Source: Glaucostegus cemiculus
Lineage: Eukaryota
Assembly (NCBI GenBank): GCA_976551045.1
Contig: CDPCPM010000114.1
Coordinates: 3,224,001-3,288,000 of the forward strand
Length of the DNA stretch: 64,000 bases
Reading direction: 5' to 3'
Part shown: piece after piece, positions 1-13,514 of the stretch
How positions within the stretch are numbered: the stretch's first letter is position 1
How the letters are laid out: the number at the start of each line of letters is the position of its first letter
Made by a program: the position numbers and the translations under genes
Notes under the pieces: model-generated
What the model saw: the letters and a program-made list of their open reading frames with translations, nothing else
Database searches by the model: none
Told to the model about the DNA's origin: nothing

Positions 1-249
1 TGTCCTTGAGCCTGGCGTACGTGCCCCAGGTAGGCAAGGTAGGCAACATCTCCATTTCTGCTGCACTGTGCTGCTCCATGATGCTGACTTGGAAATGTAC
101 TGCTGAATCCTCATTGTGACCGAGTCAAATCCTAGAATTCCCTAGCCAATGGTAGAGATAATGATGGGAAAAGCTCAGGAAGACAGCTCCACAATACCTT
201 CTTCGTAAGCAACGACCACATTCTATGAATATAAGACAAAGGCTAATCA

Positions 250-805
250 GAATCCGATTTATTATCACCTACTTAAATGATGTGAAATTTGTTGTTTTGC
301 TGCAGCAGAACAGGGCAAAGACATAAAATTACTATAAATTACAAAATAAATAAATAGTGCAAAAAGGAGGAACAATGAGGTAGTGTTCATGAACCATTCA
401 GAATTCTGGTGAAGGGGACGAAGCTGTTTCTGAATTGTTGAGTGTGGGTCTTCAAGCTCCTGTATCACCTCCCGATGGTAATAATGGAAGAGGGCATGTC
501 CCGGATGGTGAGGGTACATAATGATGGATGTCACCGCCTTAAAGCACTGGCTCTTGAAGATGTCCTTGATGGTGGGGAAGGTTGTATCTGTGATGGAGCT
601 GGCTAGGTCAACAAGCCTTTGTAGCCTCTTGTGATCCTGTGCATTGGAGCCTCCGTACTAGGCAGTGATGCAACCAGTCACAATGCTCTCCATTGTACAC
701 CTATAGAATTTGTAAGAGTCTTTGGTGACACACCAAATCTCCTCAAACTTCTAATGAAGTAGAGCCACTGGTGTGCCTTCTTTCTGATGGCATCAATGTG
801 CTGGA
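250..805 (-). mobile_element. Rex1/Babar-type LINE, 3' fragment with tail
   Basis: The minus-strand translation contains SIIMYPHHPGHALF, the RT C-terminal region typical of this clade. It is homologous to the copies at about 6.7-7.6 kb and 32.4-33.3 kb, and the tail reads aatcagaatccgatttattatcac on +. Confidence 0.8.
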
Positions 806-1192
806 GTTATGAAGATACTTATTCTGTAGCTGCTTTAAAAGGCCAAATGTTGTGTTGCTAGGGAAAAATTCCTTTTGTATGAGGACTGAATGAAATTAAT
901 TCTTCACTGTGTCCATGATAAGGACAAAGTTTCTGATATTTTGATATTTAATGAAGCCCTATGAAGAAGTAGGACCTGATTGGGGGTTGAAGGAGTGATA
1001 TGTTGGTTATGGAAGGATCCTGACAGAAAATCTGCCATGCAGATGCAGCTGGAAAGGTGAATGATGCTATGGAGTTTAACTCTAAGATAGTTTAGTTTGT
1101 TTCTTCAGGATTTCCCACCTGACAGTTTAGCAGATTTACTCCCAGTCAGGTGAAAAATCCTCCAGCACATCACTTCAGGGTAAATGGTGGTT

Positions 1193-1772
1193 AGAGCATA
1201 GAATATTACAGCACAGTACAGGCCCTTTGGCCCATGATGTTGTGCCAACATTTTATTCTGCTCCAAGATCTATCTAACTCTTCCCTCCAACATAGCCCTC
1301 CATTTCTCTATCATTCATGTGGCTATCTAAGAGTCTCTTAAATGTCTCTAATGTATCTGCCCCCACAACCTCTGCCGGCAGTGCATTCCACACACTCATC
1401 ACTCTCCGTGTTTTATAAAAAAATTACCTCTGATATCCCCCTTGTATCTTCCTCCAATCACCTTAAAATTATACCCCCTTGTGTTAGCCATTTCCACGCT
1501 GGGAAAAAGTCTCTGACTGTCCACTTGATCTATACCTCTTATCATCTTGTACATCTCTATCAAGTCGCCTCTCATCCTCCTTCTCTCCAAAGAGAAAAGC
1601 CCCAGCTCACTCAACCTATCCTCATAAGATATGCTCTCCAATCCAGGCAGCATCCTGGTAAATCTCCTCTGCACCCTCTCTAAAGCTTCCACATCCTTCC
1701 TACGATGAGGCAACCAGAGCTGAACACAACGCTCCAAGTGTGGTCTAACAGAGTTCTATAGCGCTGCAACAA
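1193..1772 (-). mobile_element. CR1-type LINE, 5'-truncated 3' end
   Basis: ORF 1399..1737 reads LERVQRRFTRMLPGL...LGLFSLERRRMRGDLIEMYK...NTRG, the CR1 ORF2 C-terminus. The CR1 3' tail lies at about 1193-1250. Confidence 0.92.
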
Positions 1773-3769
1773 GGAGCTTTGTGGGGTGGAGTAAAAAGAT
1801 CAAGAACAGGGTTCCTCAAGGAGATTGTGGGTCAGTCAGATTAGGAAGAGTGGTGATTACAGCATTGATTCTTGTGCCTGAAGGAGAAATCCTGTAGGAA
1901 GTATCTCATGGTTCCAGACCTACCACCTGCATTAACATAATATGTTTTCTAAGGCTAGGGAGACATGCCTGTAGGTAGTTAAAAACAGACATTTTATAAG
2001 AATTGTGGAATGCAGCCTCATCAATGAGGTTTTAATCAACCAATGTGTTTCCTGATCACTCCTGCAACTCGTCTTCTAATGTCGATGGTTTTGAGATTGG
2101 CTGGACTGGGATCTAGAAATCGAACATGCAAGTAGTGCACATCAGGAGCATTATGACTTCCCTTGAAATATCTTGTGACATCTTCTAACATTACTCCACC
2201 AAACATTATTCTTATTCCTGGGGACAATATCAGCCTCTACTAATGGTGGGCGAGTGAATCTTCTGAAACCCTCTATCTTATCTTTAAGGTTTGAGTTCTC
2301 CGCAAAAGTTCAAAGAGCCAGGAAATTAAAGGTGAGTTCTGATAACAGTAGGCTTCTCCACCAGTCAATCCTTCCCTCTAAGTGCTCTTCTTTGCACTTC
2401 CTGAACTAGAACATAAGCATTTTTTCCTAGAAGGGAAAGCACTTTTTAAAGTCAACATTTAAAATGAACTCTAAGAAAAGGACCGTAGAGATGGTAAATA
2501 TTTCTAGTGAAGATTGGAGGAAACATTCCTGCGTGTGCTGGTTGTGGTAAAATTAAAATTCCATTTGTAAATCTTAGTTTTATGTTTTCAGTGTATTCTG
2601 GGTGTGGAGAAATCCTCCTACACAGCAGTGGTTTCAGAGCAGTGGAACAATAGAATTTACTGCAACTATCTGATGGGCAGGTTCTTCCACAGTACCTCAT
2701 TTTATTTTAAATATTATCTGGGAGATGCATGGAGTCTGCATTTTAGCTACTCGAATGTAATGGTTAACATTTTGACATTGAAGTTTGCAAAACTAATGTA
2801 TATTCAATCCTCAAGTACTTTCTTATATTTTTATTGTGCCATCCTAGGGCATCTTGGGTATTCTCAGCTATATATACCAATTGTTGGATTAATCTTTCCC
2901 TGACCCAGTATACTGCTTGTGTGCTCTGAATCACCCAATGTTTTTAATTCACTGTACAGATTACCCCTAGTGCCAGTTTCTGTGTTGGAGCACGAGTGAG
3001 TGCTGATGGGTCATCATTCAGGTGGTTTCCATTTGTCAGGACCTGAGTTAGTGGAAGAACCAAATCAAAAGCCTATCGCCCAAGTCTGAAAATGTAATAC
3101 CATTTAAAGCGTACATGTCTAAACATTAGATTTTCTGGTGCACTAAAACTTGGGCTGTATTTAGCGTTAACACCAAATAGGGTCTAGCTCAAAATTGGTT
3201 GAATAGATGATGTTAGGATGACTTGCACCCAGAGTGCAGCTTTAAAATGGAACCTGCACAGGTACCATCAGGGCAGTCCTTGGTTTGGCACAAATCCCAA
3301 CACCTTTCTCTGCAGCAATCGGAGAAACACTCCCCCAGGTAGCCAGACTGCAGCCATGGAGGAGAGAGGCTGCTGTGGAGAACAAGAGGACACTTGCATT
3401 CACTTGAAGGGACGTAGAAGCCCTCATCAATGGAATATATGTGAGGAGGAAGGTCCTGTGCATCTGCGGGGTTCAGAAGATCCACCGCTAGAGGAGGCTG
3501 ATAGGAGGTGGCGACATTTGTCTCCTCCAGGAGTTAGAATCCCTGCTGAATAGAGTAATGTCGGAAGATGTCACAAGATATTTCAATGCTCCCTGAGTGT
3601 ACTACATGAACAGACCCAGACACATCGTTGTCGTTCAATTGCCTCAACCCACCCACAAAGGTCAAACCTCAAAGGTCAGATAATTAAAAGGTCACTCAAT
3701 ATCCTTCCTCACCTCCATAAGGCTAAAATGGGGAGGAATAGAAGAGGGGCTACTTGCATGGATAGAGGA

Positions 3770-4420
3770 TCTTTGCCTTGTCAATTTAAATGTCTGTCTA
3801 AATAGCTCTTAAACATAGTAATTATATCTGATTCAACCACCTCCTCTGGCAGTGTGTTGCAGATATCTGATCCCCTTTAAAACTCCTTCCTCTCACCTTA
3901 AACCTACGTTTTTGATACTCTTGCCACAGGAAAAAGAATTTGACGACCTGCCCTATCTACGCCTCTCATAATCTTGTATACTTCCATCAGTTTACCCCTT
4001 CGCTCCAGAGAAAACAACCTGCCCAATCTCTCCCATCAAGCAACATCCTGCCGAATCTCTCTGCACTCCCTCTGGCACAATCACGTCATACCTTTAGTAT
4101 TGGCAACCAGAACTGCACACAATACTCCAAGTGTGACCTAACCAGATTTTGTAACGTTGTAACATAATGTCCCAACTCTTGTATTCAATGCCCCATCTAT
4201 TGAGTCAGGCATGCCAGATGCTGCCTTCACCACCCTATCAACCTGTGCTGCCATTTTTAGGGAGCCACGGACTTGGAGCCCAAGGTCTCTCTGTTCATAA
4301 ACATCCCTTAATTCCCTTCCATTGACTGTATACTGTATATCCTACCCGTATTTGACTTCCAAAGATACAAGTCCTCACACTAGTTAGGATTAAATTCCAC
4401 CTGCCAATGTTCTGTCGGAA
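3770..4420 (-). mobile_element. Degenerate CR1 LINE fragment
   Basis: accagaactgcacacaatactccaagtgtgaccta (reverse strand HLEYCVQFW) and neighbouring sequence match the other CR1 copies. Confidence 0.8.
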
Positions 4421-6689
4421 TTGCTGTCTGATCTGATGGGTTAGAAGGAGCTATGTTTCAGGGACAAGTAAGCTATATGAATCCTTGGGAATTTGGTGTG
4501 ATCACTGACTTTAGAGTAGGCCCAAACATGTGTCCTTCCCTGGATGATTCAAACGAGGACAATGTTTTGGGGGTTTTCATGACAAGTTGTGAAATACCCG
4601 GCTGAAGGTGGAAGATGACCAGAAGCACGTGGGAATTCATTCTATGCTCTTGCAGGAGGTTGTGCAGAGCCAGGAGATCATAAGCTCCATTCTGAGGGCA
4701 GAAACCCCTTCTCTGCAAGGGCTCAGCAACAGGCCTGTTACACAGGGGGAGGTTACGCAGGGGGAGGCCACGCGGTCTTCCTGCTTTTTGCCCTGATCCA
4801 GCTTGGAGGTCTGCTAGTCTGATCATAGCCAGGCTGCCAAGAAGCAGGAGCAGCTTGACGCTTTGAAGAAGAGATGATCTGCCATCAGGGCACAGATTTT
4901 CTCACCGAGAACCGAGATTTGCCTTCATAGCGAAGCTGCAGCTGTCACTGGATTCATGGTTGCCACCCGCGAGCAGTACACAGCTCTGCAAGAGTAAAGG
5001 GATCTTCCACATCAGCAGTTGACCCTCATGCACCAACCGAGATGCTGGATGTCAGCATGTTGCTCTCCTACATAACCAAAGAGATGCCATCTGTGAGCAG
5101 ACCTGCTGCAGGAGAGACAGACGTGGAAAGTCATCACTTCTGCAGAAGGAGAGACATCATCCTGATTCATACCCTTCACCATGAGTCGAGTCCTGCTCAG
5201 ACTGTGTAGAGAGCAGAACCTGAGGATGTGAAGATAGCAAGGCCTGTGACTCTGTGTCTGACAGCTGGAACAATGATGAATCGTTCTGCTTGCCAGTAGA
5301 TCTTTGCACCACCGTCTACCCAATCCACTGGTTGCCTGAAGAGCAAGTTCAGAAGCTCAGTATTTCACCATTTGAGGGCATTGATTCACCTCCCATCATG
5401 GCCTCTCAGTCAGGAAGCTCACACATGCCCCACAACCGGTAATCCCAGCCTGGACAGCTGTCTGAGGCTGACCTTCCAGACAAGATCTAATTGGGCTCAT
5501 CAAGGACATTTGTGAAAGGGAGCAGGCTGGCGACCACCACACACCAGAACATCAAAACACATTACAAAGTTGTCGAACATATACAAAGTTGTCACCTACA
5601 AATGGGGAATGCATCAGGGTGTGTAAGGATTGGAATAAATGTTATGTTTTTCCATTTATCTATTACTTGATTTTTCTTTGGTGAAAAATGATTTTTGACT
5701 CTAGCATTCAACTGCTCAATTAGCAAAAGTATTTTTAACATGTTGCAGTAAGTCGCATTTGATTGACAGCTGCTGATATTATGGCACATGCTGCAATGCT
5801 TCTCTGATAAAGGTTGCTAATGCCATGCATTTCTTGAGATAAAATTTGATTGCCGTGAGTCACTAAGTAATGTTTTCCTTTTAAAAATGATTGCAAGATA
5901 ATGTTTGATGCCATAACCGGTTATATTTTTTTTCTCACAAGCTTTGCATCTGTCCTCCCAACGTAATTCTTCTCCTCTGCTTGTGCTGCTCATATGATAT
6001 TTATCATGAGAGACTCTTTTAAAATAAAAAGGCAAAGGAACATGAGCAAGATTGTAGGGTGAGATAAATATCTGCTCCACCTTGCTCATTCTCTAGAAGT
6101 CCCCATTGTGTTGGGGCTAGAAACTTGCAGGAATGAGTGGGAGAGAGTTATCTAAAGATGACTGCTTGTGCAGGAAAGGGTGACACCACAAAGGCTGTAT
6201 CCAACTGCTGTAAACTGAGGGGATTGTGGTGCCTGTACTATAGAGACTTCGACACTTCTGCTGCACTTAGCAAACTTTTTAAATACTCAATTGGTGCAAT
6301 TAATTACAATGAGTCTTGTGAAGGATCTCTCATTGCTGAATAAGTGTGGATGTCATTAGCTTTCTATTCTAGCTTATAAATGCATCTCTCTAGCCGAGGC
6401 AAGATGACCTGATCAACCACTGTGACGTGCAATCCTCTCGGCTGCATTAGCTACGATGCTGTCAAGGCACCATAGATGTTGTGCAGCAGTCTAAAGGATT
6501 CACAGTCTCAACCAACACTTGGACCTGCAATGTGGAGCTGCCTCGAGGAAAATGCATTTTGTGCAGAGGTGAAACAAGGTGACACTCATTGGGAAATGTA
6601 TAGAATCTGTGGCAATTGGTTTAGGGATTCATTATTGATGTATTATAACTGGTTCATATATACCTGCATAGAAGGATTCAAGACACAAA

Positions 6690-7580
6690 GACATTAACAT
6701 AAGTTACAAAAATAAATAGGGCAGAAGAGGAATAATGAGTTACTGTTCGTGGGATCATGGGCTGTTCAGGAATCTGATGGCGAAGGGGAAGAAACTATTC
6801 CTGAAACACTCAGTGTTGGTCTTCAGGGTCCTGTACCTCTTCCCCAATGGTAATGATGAGAAGAGGGTATGTCCTGAGTGGTGAGGGTCATTAATGATAG
6901 ATGCCACCTTCTTCAGCCACTGTTTCTTGAAGATGTCCTTGATGGCAAGAAGGGTTGTGTCTGTGATGGAGCTGGCTGAGTCTACAGCTCTCTGCAGCAT
7001 CTTGCAATCCTGTGCATTAAACCCTCCATGCCAGGTGGTGATGCAACCAGTCAGAATGCTCTCCACAGTATATCTGTAGAAACTCGCAGGAGTCTTTGGT
7101 GATATACCAATCTCAAATTCCTAATGAAGTAGAGCCGCTGGCGTGTCTTCTTCATGATTGCATCAATGTGTTGGGCCCAAGATAGATCCACTGAGATGTT
7201 GATGCCTAGGAAATTGAAGCTGCTCACCCTTTCCACCACTGACTCCTCAATAAGGACGGGTGTGTGTTCTCCCAACTTCCCCTTCCTGAAGTCCACAATC
7301 AATTCCTTGGTCTTGCTGACGTTGAGTGCAAGGTTGTGGTTGCGACAGCTCTTAACCAGCTGATCTCACTCCTGTACACTGCCTCATCGCAATCTGAGAT
7401 TCTGCCAACAACAGTGGTGTGTCATAGGCGAATTTATAGGTGGTGATTGAGCTGTGTCTTGCCACGCAGTCATGAGTGTAGAGAGAGTAGAGCAGTGGGT
7501 TAAGCACACAATCCTTGAGGTGCACCTGTGTTGATTGTCAGCGAGCAGGAGATGCTACCACTGATCTGCACTGGCTGTGT
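6690..7580 (-). mobile_element. Rex1/Babar-type LINE fragment (RT C-terminal half, frameshifted)
   Basis: ORFs 7051..7302 (IVDFRK...VERVSSFNFLGINIS) and 6755..7066 (ESILTGCITTWHG...HHSGHTLFSSLPLGKRYR...FRNSFFP). Confidence 0.9.
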
Positions 7581-8044
7581 CATCCAGTAATAGTGTGTGC
7601 TATTACCACAAAGAGCTATAGAAAATGTAGATCAGGAGCTGGAAAAGAAAACAATGTCAATTGTAGCACACTCTTGAACTTTGGAAGATGTCTAGGCAAC
7701 TGATAGTGAGTTTTGAAGTTGCCCAACAAGGGTGTTAGCAGAGTGTCCCTATAAATAGCAAATAAAGTCAGAACGTAGCTCAATATAGTCCTAGAATGAC
7801 TGAGGCTATTCCACAGCTGTTGTAATGTGACAATTTATGTTGGGCAGTAACATATGCCACGCAAATAATGATGCGATTAGGTGGAAGCCTGGTACTGAGG
7901 TAAGGTCACTCAAGCCAGCCTAGATCATAACCAGAATACCTAGTTCAGCTTTGTAGTTGGGGCAATTTCACTTCTATCTATTGTCAACATAATCCACTCT
8001 GAGGAACAGGGAATTATGAGTGCTTTCATTCTTTTTGTATGATG

Positions 8045-8250
8045 TTGGAAGAGGCCATTTGGCCCATCAATTCTATACTGGCTCCCATTTCTCCTCCTAT
8101 TTTCTATAATCTATTCTCTCTCATGTAGCCATGAACTCCAAACTGATTATCCTACCTCCCACCTACACCAGGGTTAATTTACAATGACCAATTAATCTAC
8201 TAGCCTGCATGTCTTTGGGAAACCCATGTAGACAGTTGGAGAAAGTGTAA
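8045..8250 (-). mobile_element. Degenerate SINE fragment with CR1-like tail
   Basis: ggccatttggcccatc...atgtctttgggaaacccatgtagacag resembles the core of the better-preserved SINEs in this window. Confidence 0.55.
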
Positions 8251-8835
8251 TGTGAAAGATCATGGCTGTCATGTGACACCGAGTATTGGTCGAAGGTGAC
8301 ACTGCTGTCAATCAGGGTCTAGCTCCACCCAGCCGTTAGCAGCACAATCTTGACCATTGGTCACTGTACACACCTCTCGTACCTGGCCATGACTCAATGG
8401 GCTTGTTGAATTACCTGAGCAGGCTCCACCCAGGTCTCCAACACTATAAAGGATGCCACACGTGCGTGCCTCTCTCTTTTGGTTGTTGCCGGGGCTGAAA
8501 CCACGAAGAGGAACCACTGGTAAGAATGTGCACATCCACAGGGGTTTAGAGGTGCTTTAAGTAGATTCCCAGTAGTGTAGAGCCATTGCTTGTCCAGAGG
8601 CAGGGAGTTCAGGCACCGTACTGTGTTTTTTCCCTGACCATCTATAACTAGTTCACTGTGTTTGTATGTGTGTACTTCACCCCCGTTGCAACCCCCCTCA
8701 TGTTCTGCAATTACCCGAGTGAGTGTGCATCCATTCCTGTTCACTCTGTTCCCTCATTTGTCTTTGTGAATAAATTCTTTTTAACATTCAAAGACTGTAT
8801 CCAGAGTCCTCCGCCTTTGAGAACCTTTTCTTTGA
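8251..8835 (+). mobile_element. Solo LTR-like element
   Basis: Starts with TG, has TATAAA at 8445-8450 and AATAAA at 8769-8774, and is richer in CpG than its flanks. The 3' end runs into a LINE tail and no TSD is visible. Confidence 0.6.
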
Positions 8836-9164
8836 ATTGACCTGTACAATCAGTTTGTAAGACAAGCTTTTCACTGTACCTCGGTACAAGTGACAATAAT
8901 AAACCAATACTAATACAACTGTAAGTAAATAGAAGTGACATTTCAGCAGACAATGTCATAAGAGAGCAACCAAGCGTTGGGGGGGAGAAAGTATTCAGAG
9001 CTGCAAAATGGGAGTGTAAAAAAGAGTGGTAAGAGATGTCAAAGTTGTAATAAATATATGAAATCCAGATAAAAGTGAGAAAAAATCCAATGATAAAGAA
9101 GCAGTAGATATTTTTTTTTAGTGATTACTTTACGTTGACTTAAGAAGGAGAAAAACTAGGTTCC

Positions 9165-9420
9165 CTTATACGATGAGGTGGACTCTTGACCTCACAATCT
9201 ACCTTGTTTGACCTTGCATCTTATTGTCTACCCTGCAATGCACTTCCCTGTAGCTGTGACACTTTATATTCTGTTATTATTTTTACCCTGTACTACTTCA
9301 ATGCACTCTGTACCAACTCAATGTATCTGCACTGTGTAATGAATCGATCAGTACTAATGGTATACAAAACAAGTTTTTTACTGTAGCTCGCTGCAAGAGA
9401 CAATAATGTGCCAGTACCAG
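9165..9420 (+). mobile_element. Rex1/Babar-type LINE 3' UTR/tail
   Basis: ggactcttgacctcacaatctacc...gacaataat is the reverse complement of the tail at about 32410-32640. A shorter piece of the same tail is at about 8835-8915. Confidence 0.7.
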
Positions 9421-9954
9421 TAAATGGCGAGCCACCAATGTGCCTATGAAACCTAATGGGGCTGGGTGCTCAGAGCCAGTCAATCACTATTTATAACTAG
9501 TACTTGTATGTAGCCATAGGTGTACCAGGAAATTTACAAAAGTTGCCAAGGTTCTGGAGATTACCAGAATAAATCAGAATCTGGTGCCCCTCTTGTTTTC
9601 CCTTGCTTCTTGCTGACAGATCAGCAGGATGCTTTTTAGGCAGCTTGTGAGCTGCCTGTGTTTAATCAAGAAGGTAATATAAAAAATGTTATGCATGGAA
9701 AGGTGAGCTGATGTGAGGAATGATGTGCTGGAGTAGGATATGGTTGAGGAAGTTGGATTAAATGGTACATAAGGATGTAGGTGGTTCTCAAAAATCACTT
9801 TTACTCAGCATAGATGTTCCTGCAATGATTTCCAGGTGAAATTGCCCCAGTCACAAAATTAGTCTGAATATGGTTGTGATCGACGTTTCTTGCCTGGCTC
9901 TTGCCCAGTGTCGGACATGTACCTAATCTTCATTTCCACCAGATATTACATTGT

Positions 9955-10203
9955 TTTATTTAAAATTTTATTTACAGCGTGGTAACAGGCCCTTCCGGTT
10001 CAACGAGTCCACGCTGCCCATTTTAAACCCAAATTAACCTACCCATTCATCTTTGAAATGTGGGAGGAAACCAGAGCACCCGGAGGAAGCCCACGCAGAC
10101 ATGGGAGAATGTACAAACTCCTTACAGACAGCGACGGGAATCGATCCCCGATCGCTGGCACTGTAATAGCACCGCGCTAACCGCTACACTACCGTGCTGC
10201 CCC
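9955..10203 (-). mobile_element. Full-length tRNA-derived SINE with CR1-like tail
   Basis: The minus strand begins GGGCAGCACGGTAGTGTAGCGG (A-box), then GGATCGATTCCC (B-box), a core with gggcttcctccgggtgctctggtttcctcccaca and an A-rich tail. It is near-identical in layout to 60689-60942. Confidence 0.92.
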
Positions 10204-10964
10204 TTACACTACCATGTAAGGTTGGTAGTGAAGTCACAAGTGAGGGATGTAGGTCATGTCATTCTCTTCAATAACCATTTCTAGCTGTGCCATGCCTGCT
10301 GAATATCTTCAGCATTTTTCCACTTATTTTCCAAATTGCCAGCATCCATGGTAATTTTCTTAAGCCTCGTTGGTCTGATGTGATCCTCCAGATGGCAGTA
10401 CAACTATAAACTATATTTGAACAAAATGATTTAATAGGAAAATGTATGATAAACAATTGTGTTAATGCATGCATAACTGCAGGTAAGGAATTTTGGACAT
10501 GAATTCATAATGCTAACATTGGCACTGGCAAGCAACAAGATATTTCCTCCTAAGCAACTATTTGTCCAAGCTGTTTCAATAAAAGCTTCAATTAGCAGTT
10601 AGTTTATTTAATTGACAAGTGTATTTGTTCATCTTGTTTAAAGAACATGGGATTGTTTTGCATTCTCCTGCTTCACTTTACATATTATAGATTCTACAAA
10701 CTGTAAACTACAGAAGACAAGCAGCCAAAAGCTGTCTTATCAGTATAAATTTCTTTTAAAAGGATGGTAAAGTTGTAAATTAATGGAATGGGTGACATAA
10801 AATAACTGCTACAACTTCAGTGCTTTAACATATAAAGTCATATTTTCTGAATCAACCATCATGACAGAACAGAAATTGTGTTTATGAACAGCAGTGGAAA
10901 TGTGCTAATAGGCATAAGTAGGTCTGTTCCACAGTGAAAGTGTAGATGGCATGTCCAAAATAAC

Positions 10965-11370
10965 AAATGCATTTATATAGCTTCCTCCATGAACACAGGA
11001 TGCCTGAAAGCATTTTGTAGCCCAGCATGTACTTAGGGGCTGTGACTGTTACTATGGAGTGAAGTGCTACAACCAATTTGTTAAAAGCAAAGTCCCCTAA
11101 AAGGCAATGGAATAATCAATGGATAATCAACAAATCTGCTGTAAATTAAGGGTTAAATATGAGCCAGGATAATGGCATAACACATCTGTTTTATAAATAG
11201 CGCTGTGGATCTTTTGCTTCTGTGTGAGAAGGTAAACAATCTCATCCAAAAGACAGCTTCTCTGATCATGCAGCACTCAGTCGGTAATGCATTGAATCGT
11301 CATCTGGGGTTATGTGTTCTATTCTGTAGATTGTGATGTAAACCCAGCATCTTCTGACTCAGATTCATTT
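10965..11370 (-). mobile_element. Ancient Deu-domain SINE relic (AmnSINE/SacSINE-like)
   Basis: tgcatttatatagc tail, aaatagcgctgtggatctttt and ctcatccaaaagacagc resemble the Deu-core consensus as I recall it. The copy is highly decayed. Confidence 0.55.
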
Positions 11371-11479
11371 GGCAGTTGTAAAACACAAAAAAGCAACATG
11401 AATGGGATAGGTAATGATATTTATATATATTTTTTAAAGTGATGTGGTGCTTCAAACAGCTATATGCATGCAAAACCTA

Positions 11480-11595
11480 GAATGGAATTGCTGAATATAT
11501 TCAGCAGATCAGGCAGCATGGGCGGGGAAAGTTAATGCTTTTCTCTTATTTTCATGCTGCCTGACTTGCTATCTAGCATTTTCTGTTATTATTGC
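11480..11595. repeat. Penelope-type terminal hairpin relic
   Basis: Inverted arms agcagatcaggcagcatg and catgctgcctgacttgct. Confidence 0.55.
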
Positions 11596-13514
11596 TGCCG
11601 TAGTACTTCACTTTAATATATTATGCAGAACATCTGCAATACCCCCTGTATCCCATTTTCATCCCTGGATGATTTCCTGTTTGGTTTGGTGACTTTGTTC
11701 TAAAGCAGCTTGGATTTAAGAAGATGATATTCATTTCAAGTGTTTATTGGATGACTGGTGCATGGAGCAATTATGTGTGTACACATTGTGGCAGATGGTC
11801 TGTTTTGATATTTGGTGATCAGGCTTCAGCTCAGTGAAATCAGCAAGATACCAGCACTTGATGTGCTGATGAGCATCACACCCATTTCAGCTGCTCTGCT
11901 GAACTGAACTGGCAGGGATGTCTAAAACCTGCGGAGACTGGCGATTGCAGATGGTGGGCTATGGAAACAGTAAGCATGGCATGTTTTCTAAAGTTGAGAG
12001 AGGTATGGAAACTCCAATTCAAAAAAAAACTGTATTCCTGTTTCCAGACAACTGCAATTTTCCAGTTGGACTTCCACTTAAACAATGGAGAAGACTAGGG
12101 AGGACTCTTGGCAGATGACTGTGAGTGGGTCCCCAGCACTAATTTCCACAGTGAAGCTGGTTCTGATGTGAAGGAACTGAGCAGTGCAAGACCCTTTTAA
12201 TTCTAAGTTCCATCACATCTCATGACACTCACAAATATTCAGCACCTTTTCAACAATTAAACCTATTTAAATTTAAGATATCATAAAGAAACTAAAATAC
12301 TTTAAATACCAGAGAATACTTAAAACAATTAGATACATTTCAGTTAGTTCAGTTAAATAATTTTTTTAAAAGTTCATTTATCTGTAAATTGCCTCTCTCC
12401 CTGGCAGCTGCTCTTCTTCATCAAAACAAATGGAGTTGTGAAACTTGCAACAGATTAGATCTAACAGCAGCAAATTTCCCAATGTAACTGCTGTGAAATG
12501 GCAGAGGTTTACCCTCTACCAGTGTTGAACTACGAGGGAGTACAGGGAGATGAGGAGTGGGTGGGAAACTGGCAATGAAGCCAAGTTTGCACCAGTCTAG
12601 CCCCTGCACCCGTGCTTATGATTTTGTGTTCTTACGTTGAATTGCAGTCGGAATGTGAATAATATAAAAAAAAATTGGGATTTCTGCATTTGTGAATGTT
12701 TGCTTATAAGTCTCAAAATTCCACATAATTCTGGAGGTAAATGGTCAGATTTTTGGGCCATTAAATCCATCCAAAGTAGCCTTGTCATGCTCGTTCTATC
12801 AGTCTTCTTCAGAGTTTTCTGGAGTGTGAGCTTGCCTTCCTGGGAGCTGGGATTATAGCTTCCCAAGGTCCTTGTTAGTGTTAGCTGTTACATCGTGCCA
12901 TGTAGTGTCTCTATCAGCTTGGTGCTCAGAGGTGGTGCTTGGAGGTGTCCAACACAATAGCTTTCTTTTCCTCAATGACATCTTCCTTGGTGGCAGGGAG
13001 ATTCTGCTGGGCAGGTAGTGTTTCTTGCAACTCTATAGTGATGAAAATAAAAGGTCATGTTATTTAAGGGAAGGTCGCTGGGAAGGGGAGAGCTCTGGGG
13101 TACCTGTACATGGAGAGGAGCAGAATGTGCAGTGCCCTGATGGGAGAAGGCAACTGAAAGAGAAGGTCAAATGTTTCCATCCCTTCACTTGTTATAGCCT
13201 GAGCTCCTACATGGGTTCCAGGCTCTGTGGCACACAAGGCCAGTATTTGCAGCAGTTGCTCTTCCAGTGCCCTTCCAAGTTCAGGACCCGGGGAAACTTC
13301 TGTTGTAAAACAGTGAGGAAAGTGAGCTCTCAATATCAGACGGTCAAGGTGGAATTTCGTCCATTGTATGTAGGTACTGACCTTGGTTCACCTTCCATGA
13401 AGTTCTGTGGGTGGAAAGTTGATACATCCCGTAAATTTCTCATAAACAAGTTATCATTCCCCTGTTTTTATTTGAAGGCTTGGGATAAAGATATAATAGA
13501 GTCTTAATGTCATG

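Noticed and set aside
13025-13507. 160-aa ORF and overlapping minus-strand ORF
   Set aside because: Non-ATG start, no recognisable domain and no convincing splice context. Probably decayed repeat.
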